Position numbers and translations under genes: made by a program
Source: Azolla caroliniana
Lineage: Eukaryota > Plantae > Polypodiophyta
Direction: 5' to 3'
DNA: 64,000 bases
Assembly: GCA_043228905.1 (NCBI GenBank)
Contig: JBHGNT010000004.1
Location: forward strand, 25,854,001 to 25,918,000
Part shown: one piece after another, positions 12,341-25,729 of the stretch
Position numbering within the stretch: the first letter of the stretch is position 1
How the letters are laid out: every line of letters begins with the position of its first letter
Notes under the pieces: generated by a model
Told to the model about the DNA's origin: nothing
The model's input: only the letters and a program-made list of their open reading frames with translations
Databases searched by the model: none

Positions 12341-14419
12341 CTTGATCCCTCGCGTACATGCATGCTTTTTCATGATGGTGCCAGCTTCCAATTCATGCCC
12401 CATGTTTGTTTTTTTCTATCTATGTCCAGTAGGCTCTTCTTTTTGGATGTGTTGGCTTGGAACTAAACATTCGAGCATTTGGCCTTCCCTTTCCAAATAC
12501 ACTAGGAATTCATCAACAGGTTTTATGAGCCATACTTCAACTTACATTGGAACCTCGTTTGTTTCAATATTGGGCTTTTGTTTGATCATATATTGTGAGC
12601 TTATTGCCTATCATAAAGCTCCCGTTTTACACTACACTTGGGCTTCCTTGTTGTTGCGTTAATTCGTTGGTGTGATTTAAGATCACAAGGGGAAACATTC
12701 CTTTGCAATAATGTCCACAATATGAGGAGGGTTGCATAATGACTTGTTTTGTGGTTGTTTGCCATTGTTTTGTGCTTTTGACTATCACAACATATGAGAT
12801 TGGCCTCCCAATCCAAATTGCATGGAATTGTTATGTTTCAAATTAGGCTTGAGTTGTTTATTACCCTTCGGAATTTATTACTTAGGATAAGGGTATTGTT
12901 CCATCTTACATTCCAAATTACCTTTACCTTGTCTAGCATTTTGGAGCTGGCTCAAGCTTGATACTTCCCATGTATCACTTCACTAAAAAAACAATATTCA
13001 AATCCATGAGAGGGTTCCACTAGTTATTATGTTATTTTCTTGATGATCAACCACATTGATTTAGCTAAAAACTACATTCGTCTCAAGCAAATGTTTATAA
13101 TAATGCATAGTTTCTTTCGTGAAGTGCGAATTTATATGTTGGCATTGATCTCTCCTCCAACAAACATGTCACGCGATTGATATATGTATAGCCACATATT
13201 GATTTTATGATATTCACAAGTTATTATGTTGTCCTGAGTCATCTATTGGCGATATTTCATGTATCGTGCTATAAATATCATCTACATTCAATACAATGTC
13301 AAAAGTCACGCTATTTTTGCGTCCTTTACAAATCTTCACATTAATCCATACAAAGCTACGTGTTTTGTTGAAATAGTCCAACATTGTAAGTTGTCTAACT
13401 TGCATGCTCAATAAGACTCATGTTCCAACCATCTTAATCATTAATGGGTGTAAAGTTTCATATCTCATGTGTAACTTTAAGTGTTATATTGTCATGAATA
13501 ACATGTTGGTGTGGTGAGCATGTGCCATGGTATGCTCATTGGCCACAAATATAAGTAAAATCCATAAATGTTTCATTTTTCAATCAATGACTCTACAAAC
13601 CTTGTTGTTGATCCTTTGCATGCTCGTAATTTTATTACAATGGAGTATGGTACAAATGTTAGTATGTAATCACTTGTGTCTCATCAACAATGCCATATAG
13701 GTTTATTGGCATTGACTTATAGTAGGCTTGTCATTATTATAACTTTCATCCATTTTTTTAGGACAAAGTATTATCGAAGTTACCTTGAACTATAAACATG
13801 AATGTGTTTCACAATGGATGAACATTAGGCCCATCACTTTAGTCATCACCCCAACCACCACAACATCATGTTCATGCATTTAGCACATGGTTTAATTTTA
13901 TTATGCATACAAGTATGAGTGCAATTCTTCTACATTATGCAATGGCATTTCGTAATAATACATAGTGGAATATGATACATTGATTTGTAGCTTTTCAAGA
14001 AGCCTAAAAATAGTAACGTTTGAAAGATTGGTCGAGACGCACATTGTATTCGTAATACCAAGAAAGAAAATTAACACATTGGGAGATTGTCGATCAATAG
14101 CAATCAATAACAATGATGGAATTAATTTATCAATAAGTGAACTTCTACAATTTTGTGACAATATACTAAATTTCCATTTGAAGGTATAGGCAAACACATA
14201 CATACATTTTAATGATGACGATTAAAAAATGAGTTTGAAGCATGGATATTGGACAACGTTACATTCATTAGGTCAAAGAATGAGAACAAAGATTTTCGTA
14301 TCAAGGGAAGGGAGAAGTGAGGGATCACATATGTACATGCATGCACATAAGGACAAGGATTGCACCCCCCCTCCTTTATTGCATAAAACACAAAAAAGTC
14401 TGAGCATTATTTGCTACTT

Positions 14420-15480
14420 TTTTTCTTCTTCTTCTTCTTCTTTTCCAAAAAACATTTCCTTCATTAGTATTAAGAAAAAACGTCGGAAGGCTGCAAAATG
14501 TACAATTAGAGAGTGTTATATACAAAAAGGATGATCAAGGCAAGGGCTTCTAAATTGGTCGTTGAGAGGAGACCATGAATAGAGGCAACTTCTTCCATAA
14601 CTACAGTAAAATTTTCCTTTTCTTAAGAACAACCTCTGAAGAGCCCCACATATTGTCATATTGTCCACACACTATTGCCAATAAGCTCTCCCATAATTCC
14701 GGCAATATATATGATAGAAGAGGAATTATGGAATCATATCGTCTTTTACAATGATACTTCCATAATGTAACCGTAGATATTGTTTTCCATACATGGGTTG
14801 CATGCATTTGCTTTCGAGGTTGTTGAAAAGGGGAGACAAAAATTAGATGCTTGTTGATGATTGTTGTAGCCTCTGGAGCATCATCTGCCTCATACAACAA
14901 GAGACTAGAATGGAGAACCCCTCCATACCGCCGATCCCCAAGAGAAGAGGCAACATGCATTAATTGTCAGGAATAAAGAAAAAACTTTATTTTGTACCTA
15001 TTGGGCTAGTGAACAGGACCATAGAGAATGCTTGGTAGTTTCTGGCAAGTCACTGCAATAACAACATTGTCTAAGAACAGTTGCCACATTTCCTTTCAAT
15101 GATTGTCCTACTGGTAGTGTTGCATGTAGTAAAAGTCATCTTAAGAGAATATCTTTAGTTGGTTCCCTAAAAGACCAAATCCATTTCCAATAAGCCTTCA
15201 AATGAATGCTTGAAACACCCCACTTATTCCAGTGCTTTTGAGCTGGAAGAGTTGGAATATTATTTGACATGAGTAAGGTTCTACCAAATTTCCCAGTGTA
15301 CTGAAAGAATAGAACGTTTTGTAATGGATCCATCATGGGACTGGTCCAGAACCATCCCCTTGGGTCCCACATCAGCCTATTAACTGGTTGTCGTGCATAT
15401 AACCAAATCGTATCCCACAAAGGAGCTATCAGTTGTGGATCCAATAGCCATTTCTTACCAGTAAACGTTATGAGCATTAT
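14420..15480 (-). mobile_element. 3' fragment of an L1-clade LINE (zf-RVT region and A-rich tail)
   Basis: Minus-strand peptides YWKWIWSF...LHATLPVG, QCCYCSDLPETTKHSLWSC (zf-RVT CxxC...HxxWxC) and WKTISTVTLWK, ending in a (GAA)n/A-rich tail at ~14420-14445. Confidence 0.75.
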
Positions 15481-15489
15481 TTGCTACTA

Positions 15490-18400
15490 TAATGTACTAA
15501 AAGAGGAATGAGCTTGAGGTTTCCCACTAAACAATTTCTCTCTCTCAGAAGAGCTCACATGTTTCCCACATGGAGGAGGGGAAAGCATAATTGATTGCCT
15601 AATAGGACACCCTGAAGCTACCCACATGGTTAACTCCTTCCGGGTGGCCCCATGCCCTATTGGTGCAGACCATAGCTTCCTATACTTTGAGCTAAAATGC
15701 GACACCTCCAACGCCACCAACTCCAGTCAACCAAACCATCACACCATAATACATTTCACGCATGAGCTCTTTGACATCTACTCCCAACATGTTCAAGCCC
15801 ATCTCTCCTCTTTTGATTCTTCATTGCCTTTAGAGAACCTCACTACAGAACTCACACACATCCTTCACTCTGCAACTATTAGTAGCTTCCCATACACGAA
15901 ACACTTCAATCACAGTAGAATAGGGTATATGCCACAAAACAAGTGGTATGATGAGGATTGTAGAGACTTGGATGGACAACTTAAAGTGTCGCGACTTAGT
16001 GGTACTATTTCCTCACTACAGGCTCGCAAAGAGATGTGCAAGATGACACGTCATAAAAGATGAGCTTGGGAAGCATCTCAATATTGGGAACTCTACCACA
16101 TGCTCATGAGTAGGGATTGCGCCTTTGCATGGAAGAGACTACAGGAACCGAGACCACAAACACCCATTGAGGATCCCAATATTTGGCACACATATACAGA
16201 AAGACTCTACCATGTCCCGAACCAACCACCCGTTCCAATGCCTTCCACACTTCGACCTACCATAGGGACACTTCTCACGACCTCAAGGGTCATAAAGGTC
16301 ATAAAAAAATTACAACATAGGAAATCCATGGACCACACAACATTGTGAGTCGAGCATATCATATATGCTTGATAGTACCTAGCCCCCTTTCTCACTCTAA
16401 TCTTCAACCGTGCCCTCGCCGAGGGTTTTCCACCACAATGGACCATAAACACAATGGCCCCTACACATAAAGGAGGGGGCCCAATGGACCCAAATACATA
16501 TTGGACCATTATGATAGGTCATACGCTCGCTAAACTATATGGTGCAGTAATGGAAGTAGAGCTCAACGATTATATGAAAACATTAAGTCTTCGAGCACCT
16601 AAGCAGGTTGTCTTTAGACGAGCCTTCTCCACTATTGACCATATCTTCACACTTAGGTGCTTAATTGACCAGACGAAGGCTCGTAAGAAGAAACTATATT
16701 GTTGCTTTGTGGACTTCCGCAAAGCCTTTGACACAGTTCCTAAGGAGAGGTTGTTTGATAGAATTAAAAGCTTGGAGATACCAAATGACATGATCTGGGC
16801 CATTTATGCTCTAGGTGTGTACGATGCCCAGGTGGCCTATCTGATTGCGTCACCAGCACCATTGGTGTAAAACAGGGTTGCCCCCTATTAGCGACTCTTT
16901 TTGGGATCTACATTGATGAGATCACTGATTTTATTGCTCGTAAGGGAAGCAATGGAATAGTTATTGGGGGTACGCAAGTTAGTCTCTTACTCTACGTAGT
17001 CGACATCGTCTTGCTCTCAGAGTCTAAACACGACCTACAAAAGCATCTTAATGCCCTAGATGACTTTTGCACACAACGAGGACTTGGTAGTGAATCTAGC
17101 GAAAACTAAAGTCCTTATCTTTCATACATCATCCCGAGATAGGAGTAAATGTCACCTGATCCTCTCTCATAAACTAGTTGAGGTAGTTGGATCATATGTA
17201 TACTTGGGAGTCTCTTTTAGTGCTCGTTCAGGTAAATTCTCAATGACCCAGGCAACCAAAGATAGGCTAACGAGAGGGTATGTATCCCTCTCACTCTTAG
17301 AGAGACAATGCCACCAGGCATACGTTCAAGAGTCACGGACTAAGGGATGGCTCTTTGACACATTTGTGACCCCTGCCCTCGTGTATGCATTAGTAGTATG
17401 GGCTCCAGGTCTACCATCTTTCATGTGGACGCAATTAGAGAGACCTTTGGTAACGATGCTATCACGTCAACTCCGAGGCAAATCGACAATACCACATGAC
17501 ATATTAGAGTAGAGTTCAGTTTGCCCTCGATGTTAGTAGAAGCAATTTTCCAAGTGGTAGTTTTTATTCATCGGATACATAGTCAACCACAAGATAGGAT
17601 CTCCCATCGAGCCTTTGAGGCATCCCGATCCCTATATGCATCTAGAGACACTAGCTCTTGGTATAGCATTGTAGTGAGTTGGTTACTTGCAAATGACATA
17701 AACATTAATAACCTACCTCCCCTTAAGTACAACCGTGGAACTGATCAAACTTTAATATCTCATGAAGACCGTAATAAGTAATATGCCAAAAAATATGGCA
17801 AATTTACACCCGATATACATGGATCACCCCACGAGAGCCACTCCCATCTAAAATGTTGTACTATAAGGAACACTTCTTGCACTTCTCTAAGTTAGGTTTT
17901 ATTACACGACCAAGATATCTAGATACATTCTTATCAAATGCACTAAGGGTGGTCATTGGACAACTTAGGATATCATCTCACCAACTTGAGATTGAGAATG
18001 GTCAGGCTAATAGAGTCCCTAGAGAGGAAAGGATATGTACATTATGTCACATAGAGATAGAGGATGAGTATCACTTTACATGCAAGTGTCCAACCTATGC
18101 CGAGATAAGGGTAGAATACTAAGACATATTAGGACCCTCTCCCACCCTCTCTAAACTATTAGATACCCCGAATATATGATCACTCAAAGGTCAAGAGTCA
18201 CACCACTACTCTCTACACATTAACTATGTGTCATAGAATCATATTCTATGACACATAACTAATGAGTTCCATATTCCCTGTGACTATGATTCTTCACATT
18301 CCCCAAGAGAGAGTAGTTGTTGTAGTGAGTTAATGAAAAGAGAGGGTGACCTTATATAAAGCACCCTTCTCCTACTTCATAGAAAGTCGGTTGTGACTCC

Positions 18401-19127
18401 TCGTAATGCTACATTTTGTATTTGTTATTCTACTTGTGAATATACACCTTCTTCTTGAGTATTCGATTTTCCATTCAATCTAATTTATCTATATTGTGTT
18501 TTCTCTTCTCTTCTCTCTTTCCTCTCACACATACACATAACACACATCTCTTTCCGCTGCATAAGAATCGTATCTGATTCTTTACACTTAGAGCTAAAAC
18601 AACATAGGGAGAATAAGCTACAAAGTGTTAACCATAACCCTTTTAATATTCATCGACATGTCAGTAGTGTAATTTTTCAGGAACAAGGGGAGACGATGAA
18701 TGTGGTTACACTTACACCACTCGGCCTCTCTCTTGAGAAAACATAAATGCAAAGAACAACCAAACGCCCTTAGATGTTGGGCTTCAAAACAACTCGACGT
18801 GGAGTAGAAACAATTAAGAATATAAGGGAACGTGAGTTACGCCGACTAGAAGCTATGGTTGGGGTACCTTCTACATTGGGACCACGGGGGGCCACATCCA
18901 CATTGAAACCCTTTGACCTCCCGCTTCTTTTCGAGACACTTGGATGGAAATGAAACTAGGCCTAGTATAAAGCCATTCCATTGTAGAACATGTTTGTTAT
19001 TTTACTATAACTATATAGCTTAAGCTGTATTTTTATTTTATTTTATTTTTACTTTCGATGAATGGGCAAATATCCCATTTTGTTGCAAACCAATTGTTTG
19101 ATGGGCCAATTTTGGCCTTAGAAACGT

Positions 19128-19174
<47 letters not shown>
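15490..19174 (+). mobile_element. Degenerate LINE, RTEX-like (end of APE endonuclease, RT, C-terminal CCHC finger, 3' UTR, (CT)n tail)
   Basis: Motifs: SIIDCLI and GADH (endonuclease end), KWYDEDC linker, FRRAFSTIDHIFTLR, YCCFVDFRKAFDTV, GVKQGCPL (~16864), LYVVDIV (~16990), YVYLGV, and QLRISSHQLEIENG...ERICTLC...EDEYHFTCKCPTY. Many stops and frameshifts. 3' hairpin at 19104-19117, then (CT)n at 19132-19174. Confidence 0.92.
18177..18586. mobile_element. ~410-bp insertion interrupting the LINE ORF end; solo-LTR-like (TG...CA) with a perfect 15-bp hairpin
   Basis: The LINE reading (…LLDTPNI) resumes after 18586 (LELKQHRENKLQ). The insert contains TATATAAA and the inverted repeat 18225-18239/18243-18257. 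No TSD was found. Confidence 0.4.
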
Positions 19175-19176
<2 letters not shown>

Positions 19177-20379
19177 GAGTCACACTGTTAAGAGTCACCA
19201 AACTCTGTACATTCAATTTCAGTTTCACATACTCCCAACACATGTTTTCTGATATATTATTGATCTTTTACATCTTAGTCTCTTCGTTACACATCTCACA
19301 CAAAAGTAGTCATACACAACAATCTTGCTCATAGAGAGAATCCCTAACTTATTCCACGTAAACATATAGGACACATGACCAACACCACCACAACTTTGTT
19401 GGTTTAGGCTATTTGCATGCCTAGGAGATGGTGTAATTCACATGATTTGTTCTTGATGTTCTTGGATGCACATAACTTCATAAAATCAACAATGACATCA
19501 ATGGATTTAAAATAGGATCACATCCCATGGAGCATGTTTGACAAGGCATCTAATTGTGGAGGAATTTGACGCCACTCTAGGGAGACCCATGAAAAACTTC
19601 TTCCAACCTCACATAGTAGAATGTGCAATTGTGCTTGACCATGTTGTTTTGTGGGTCCGGTGTTTGCACAATGCTTGAACATCAAAATGGGGGCAATGGA
19701 TCAATATGTTGCCACATTGTGTCTTGGTTTATGCATAGGCACTATTTGGAAACCATGACCCATTTAAAGGGATGGTTAGATAACTAGAGAATTGACATTG
19801 GATCTCTCCTATGCAAAGGTTATAAATGAAATGTAGGTGCCCTCCGTGTAGGGCAATGACCCTATTATGGTAGCATTTTTATACTTGTGACCATTGTCCC
19901 CAACTCATACTTTTGTAAATCCCGAAATCCACCTCTCTATGTATGGCCAACCAAAGCTACCTACATCCCCTAATTGATACTAACAATCAAACACTTGGTC
20001 TATTCACCCTAGGAAAGTATGGCCTTTTAACTATTCTACGAGATGATGTGCTTGACATCGTTGGAATGTACTTTTATTGTTCTTATAGGCTTTTGAGCAT
20101 ATTAAAATAATAGTTCGGTTATTTAGCCGTGTTTTTACTAACTGATCCTTCAAAGATAATGTCTCACTATTTCTTTTACTTTCCATATAATCCATGAAGT
20201 TCAAAAATATTGCATTTAACCTATAAAAGTCTTAGTTTCACCAATTGCAAAACTTTGCATCTATCCACCAAGATTCAATTCTCGAACCCCACTATTTGCA
20301 TTAATTTGCATCACACCCATAATACCGTATTTGATCTCTCATAAACATAAATAAATTACTTATCTGTTATACATTTTTC

Positions 20380-20960
20380 TTTAAATGGTATGATATTTAA
20401 TATTGAAACTTGGGAACACAATGACTCAAAAGTTTCAAGGTTTGATAAATACAATGACGTTATTTTAGATGGACAAATAAATCCAATGCACTAAAGAGAA
20501 CAAAGACGTGTATCATGCTTGACTAAGAGTGGATTTGGAGGTTATGTTTCTATAATCAATTAGTACGAGTACCAAAGAAATTCCTACTTGCATCTCACCA
20601 TGATTACAATTTTTATTTTTGTTTCTATAAATATCATTTTGTCAAGCTAGAATACAACACCAATTACTTCACAACCACGGGAGAGGTTATTGTCTTTGGT
20701 GACATGAATGCACATATAAGAACTTTGCAACGTGACACAAAATAATATGTCATGCCATGTATCTCGAGGATGCCACAGGATAAACATAGTTATGGTCAAA
20801 CATCAATTGGTAGAAAAAAGTTGAATGAATATCAAAAGTCAGCTATACACATGTGTAGTATTGGAATACATGAATACTTATGGAATGACATTGATGGCTT
20901 CACGCTTCGCACGTAGAAAACATGATTGACTATTTAGTACTTACGGAGGTAAATTGGAAC
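20380..20960 (+). mobile_element. Highly decayed LINE APE-endonuclease remnant
   Basis: Motifs in the expected order: ETW (~20405), GEVIVFGDMNAH (~20680-20715; GDFN motif) and MIDYLV (~20922). Confidence 0.55.
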
Positions 20961-20984
20961 ATATGCTCAAAGTTATATTCGATC

Positions 20985-21250
20985 TATGGACTTTGGAATT
21001 GGATAATATGACTTTACGCATGCATCTTAAATATATAGATGGACTCAACCTCGTAAAGTTCGACCACAGTGAGATATCATCATTTATTGGCAAAGACTTC
21101 AACAAATATGGGTGCCTCAAACTTATAATTGGTCAATGGACTTTGGAATTGGATAATATGACTTTATCCATACACCTTAAAGCTATGGATGGACTCAACC
21201 TTTAACACGATATCATCATTACCGGGCAAAGCCTTTAACAAACATAGGTG
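20985..21250. repeat. Direct duplication, ~150 bp period
   Basis: ATGGACTTTGGAATTGGATAATATGACTTTA...GATGGACTCAACCT...GGCAAAG occurs at ~20986 and ~21136. Confidence 0.8.
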
Positions 21251-21299
21251 CTAAGATTGGTGAGACGATATATAAAGATGTGATGCTAAAACATGCAAC

Positions 21300-23130
21300 A
21301 CTTGCATGTAAGTGTGATACTTTTAATAATACGTTTATTCTTGCATACATAAAAGTTTATTCATTAAAACACTTGATATGGTGCTTTGTAAGTATCTTTA
21401 GTGATGCACATAAGAACTACTATAATTGCTTTGGCGTTGAGCATACCACTTTCACATACTCTGTTTTGATATGGTTTTGGATTTTGCACAATGGGAAGGT
21501 TTTTATTTATTTTAAGAAAGCATATCCTTCCATTAGTTTTAAAAAGCATATCAACTACAAAATACAAAATGATGGAAAGGAAGTGATTATCCTTCCCCAA
21601 CCCGTCTTGTGTAAGACAATAGCTACCCATCAAACCTTCGTTCGATAGACGTGATTGAGCACTTCTTCAATAGTTGAAACGTACCATGAATTTGCATATG
21701 TTCAAACCAAATCAATCTTCTGCATCATGTTCATATTCAACATATCCAGATACCACATTTGGGTCATCACATGCATTCAATATACAACCACATTTACAAT
21801 GACCAAGCATCCTCTATTTTCCATATTCAATGTAAAACTCAAGCAAAACATTATGGTATATAGGTCATTTTGTATGCCTCGATCCATGATTCCAGCATGT
21901 ATGAACATGCCTTCATGTAAAGCCATGTGATCAACACCCACTTGACGGGATCTCAGCTCATCTAACAGTTTGTATGCATCTTATAAACTTCCACATGTTG
22001 CATACAAATCAACCATGGTTCTAATGAGCGTATTCAAGTTGATACCTATCTGAGTGATGACAATATGGATTTCTTTTCCTTTCTTTTAACTCAGATGTGT
22101 TCGAACATGAAAATCACATCTTGAATGCAAGCTTTGAAGAATGTGACACCATCCATCACATAAGAAGAAACAGACTTCTTCTGAATGCATACATAAGAGC
22201 ACCCCCCCTCCCTGTTTCAATGACTCCATCCATCTCATAAGAAGAAATGGGATTCTATATACATATCAGATAACATATTAGTGATTACAAGATCATGTTC
22301 CAGACCCTTTTCCTTTCTTTTAACTCAAATGTGTTTGAACATGAAAATCACATCTTGAATGTAAGATTTGAAGAACAATGACATGACCATCCATCACATA
22401 AGGAAAAACGGACTTCTTCCGAATGCATACATAAGAGCATCCCCCCCCCCCCCCCCCATCTATTTCAATGACTCCATCCATGTCATAAGAAGAAATGGGA
22501 TTCTACATACATATCACTTAGCATATTAGTGATTACAAGATCATGTTCCAAACCTAGTTTTCAGAATTCGCTTCTTATCCTTTTTCTACTACTCAAAGAG
22601 CAAAATTCCAGATAAGCCATGTTGCCATATTTTCTTTTGATATAATCAACAAACCAGAAAATAAGTCTTGAAGGTCTTTCTTCTTGGCACAATGGGAAGG
22701 AATTAATGGCATTGCCATTGGGAATACATGATTCATGCATTTGCTACATGCAAATGATTTGGTGATTTAAAAAGCACAAAATCTTTAAACTCAAAAGTAT
22801 CATGAAAGCAAAAGATTAAGTTATACATTAATGTAATCAACGAAGTAACGATTTAGATGGTATGATTGCACAATGATGTCCCAACCTTCGACATCTTTGA
22901 CAAATGCTTCAATATTTAGGTCAACTAATGAAATATTTTTGCAATGTCAATGTATCGCAATTTGGGAGACATAAAAAGTTCGTAAGTTTCATCAAATTTC
23001 TTTTCTTTCTCATTTTCCTTTTCAGAAAAGAATATCCTCCCATTAGTTAAGAAAAGTCATGTTGGCTACAACATACAAAGTAGGTGGAAAAGAGGCCACA
23101 ATACTTCTTAAACCCATTGTGAAAGTCAAC
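21300..23130 (-). pseudogene. Decayed PLS-class pentatricopeptide repeat (PPR) gene fragment
   Basis: Minus-strand translations KGKEIHIVITQIG...TMVDLYATCGSL*DAYKLLDEL (~22080-21955) and GLEHDLVITNMLSDMY (~22555-22505) match PLS PPR consensus. There are multiple stops and an internal ~240-bp duplication (~22072-22305 / ~22308-22550). Confidence 0.7.
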
Positions 23131-23149
23131 GGCAAGCAAAATATACCCC

Positions 23150-24150
23150 CTTTAAACGAGCTAAGTAGATGAATCTATATACATCAAAAGTACTCGAGAA
23201 TAACCAATGGGGAGAAAAGTGCTAGATCATCTTACAATTTACCAACCCAACAACTGTAAAGCAACTCCAAAGCTTTAGAAATGCAAATTGTAATAACCAC
23301 CCAAAATACATATGTGTGGGTATATTGTCCTATTCAACTTTTACTAATGTCATCGATTTTGACCAAACAAAAGCAATGATTTGTTGAATTGGCATTTTGT
23401 GACCTTAAAACATTTGCATACATTGTGCTTTCCATAAAGACTATGCAAACTATTGGTGCCAATCTATCCCATAACTCCTTTAATTGTGAAACAACATTCA
23501 ATCCGACATTAGATATTTCAAGAATCCAATATCCAAATTGTTAATTTTGAAATCACAACGTTGGTTCCATCTCATACGAAGAAACCAAGTTATCAAATAA
23601 ACTCCATACTACATTGCCCCATGGAAGAAAGACCAACAACATTCAAAAACCTACTCCAAAACTGTGTAACGAATATACACCCCCAAAAACAATGACAAAG
23701 CAATTTGTGTGATTGATGAATCATACAAACTACTTGTGCATGAAGTAACCATACACAAACTAGAACTCTATGACAAACCAACCATCACTTGAAAGCTGAA
23801 TTTTTTTGAGCAATTGGCCGAAAAAAATACTCAACAAATGATAAAAAAACCCTACAAAATTCCAATAAGCAATTGAGCCAAAACTATTATGATTCTTATT
23901 GGGAATAATATATCTACCTAACTTTATTGAGTATTGAAAAAATTAATCGGTTTACTCTTCAATGCAAGTGGTTCCTTCCAGACAAAATCTCTAGGATTCC
24001 AAAATAACCACACCAAAGGATGCATATCCAACACCCACAAAATCCATCTATCTTTTAGATCGTGTGGATTCGGGTAACTTAACCAATCATTAGACGATCC
24101 AACCAATGGTCTTGCCATATGAACCTCAACTAACTACAAAACTATAAACA
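23150..24150 (-). mobile_element. Decayed L1-clade LINE 3' fragment (zf-RVT)
   Basis: VCHRVLVCVW...HCFWGCIFVTQFW (23593-23781), and LFWNPRDFVW (23924-24118), which parallels LMWDPRGWFW of the 14.4-15.5 kb L1. Confidence 0.55.
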
Positions 24151-25729
24151 TCACATATGTTGCACAAATCTACAAATTTATTTACTTCTCTTAATAACTA
24201 AAACTATTGATGTGAGATGTGGCAATGGGGTCCAAAATGAAGAGAATCATCAATTGTGTATATTGTTTCTACAAGTTCTAGAGTCCATCACTTTTGAGCC
24301 TAGGTACCCACTTTCTCAATCATATCTCTTTTTGTCACAATTTCTCTCTCATGCACGACATGCATTCCTAATTCTAGGCTGAGTTGTTGAATACTGAGAA
24401 TTGCTTACCAATTGTTATATAAACTACATGACAAAACCATGTCACTTTGGTCAATACGTAATATTTGTCATGAGATTAAAATATATTGGTCTATCTATCA
24501 CAAATCTTCTCTTTGAAGTTATAAGCACAACATTTCATTTTTCATCTATATGCTTTACCACCAGCAAGTTTGAAGAGGAAAGTAATCCCCCTATTTCTCT
24601 TCAAGAAAGGGGGAAAGAGAGATTTGGTGTCACTCGGGATAATTTATACTTTCAAAATTAAATAATATGATCATCTCATAGTCTAGCATTGGCTTCAACA
24701 AATCATATGTTTGCTTCTTGTGGATGCTAACAATAACTCTATCTATTCATCTCACGACAGAGAGTAGCTAATCATACCTCAAAGGTTCACATTATTGGCA
24801 AATAAAGGCACACTTTTCTTCTTCTTTTCTCTAGACGTCCCTCAACATGTAAGGGTTGAATGCATGATCTCAGCTTCACTGAACTGTCTACATTTACTAT
24901 TATGACATCCTCTCTTTCTCTCTCTGTCAACTATCATTGGGATATGAACAAATTTGTAGGCCTTCAAATGTTGGTATAAAATTTACAATGAGGATGGGAT
25001 GCATTTACACATGGTGTGATTTGTACCTTTACTCTTTAGAAATGTGACATTTTAGGATTTGATTGTTAGAGTAGAAATGTAGTTTTTACCAATGTAAAAA
25101 ATTCAAAAAATATTTTGTAGATTCACCCACCTAAGTTGGAGATGCGCCTTAGGAACGTTATTCCGCAATAATGAAAGCCCTAATTCATCCGAAAAAGAAG
25201 CGAATTAGTTATAAATAGTTCTATAATGTACACATTTTTAAATTTAGCTATGACCTAAAATAAAATAAAAATCCAAAAAAACACTACTTCGCGTTAGTTA
25301 GCAAATACAATACAACAGAGTTTAGCTATAACCTGCAATATTAAGTGTAAGTTGTAACAATGAAAAAAAGGTACCCTCTCTAGTATTGCAAAGTATTATT
25401 GGCCAATGTCAACCTTGTTTTCTATTAACATTTGAGACAAACAATGATATATTCGAGAATTGGGGAGTTAATGTGGTTTATGTCTTTCCGTTTGTAGTGA
25501 AACTAATTTGGGCCAACTTCCTCTTTTGGAAAATGTGTCTTGCAAATATTAATGGATGACTGACATTTTATGGGTTCTACTATCAGTATTGATTAATCAT
25601 TTAAATCAAATGCATCTTTCTTTGGTATTAGGGTTTTTTGAGACTTCAATATTGGGAAGCTTTCAAGTTGTCACATAATATTTGTGAATTTCTTCAATAA
25701 AATAATTCAAGTTTATGAAGGCTTCATTC

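Noticed and set aside
13200-14200. Possible MULE/SWIM transposase remnant on the minus strand
   Set aside because: Only a weak Cys/His pattern is visible, and it is too decayed to support without a search.
19240-19900. Possible L1 RNase H/3'-end remnant on the minus strand
   Set aside because: A tail-like sequence is present, but the catalytic motifs are not convincingly readable.
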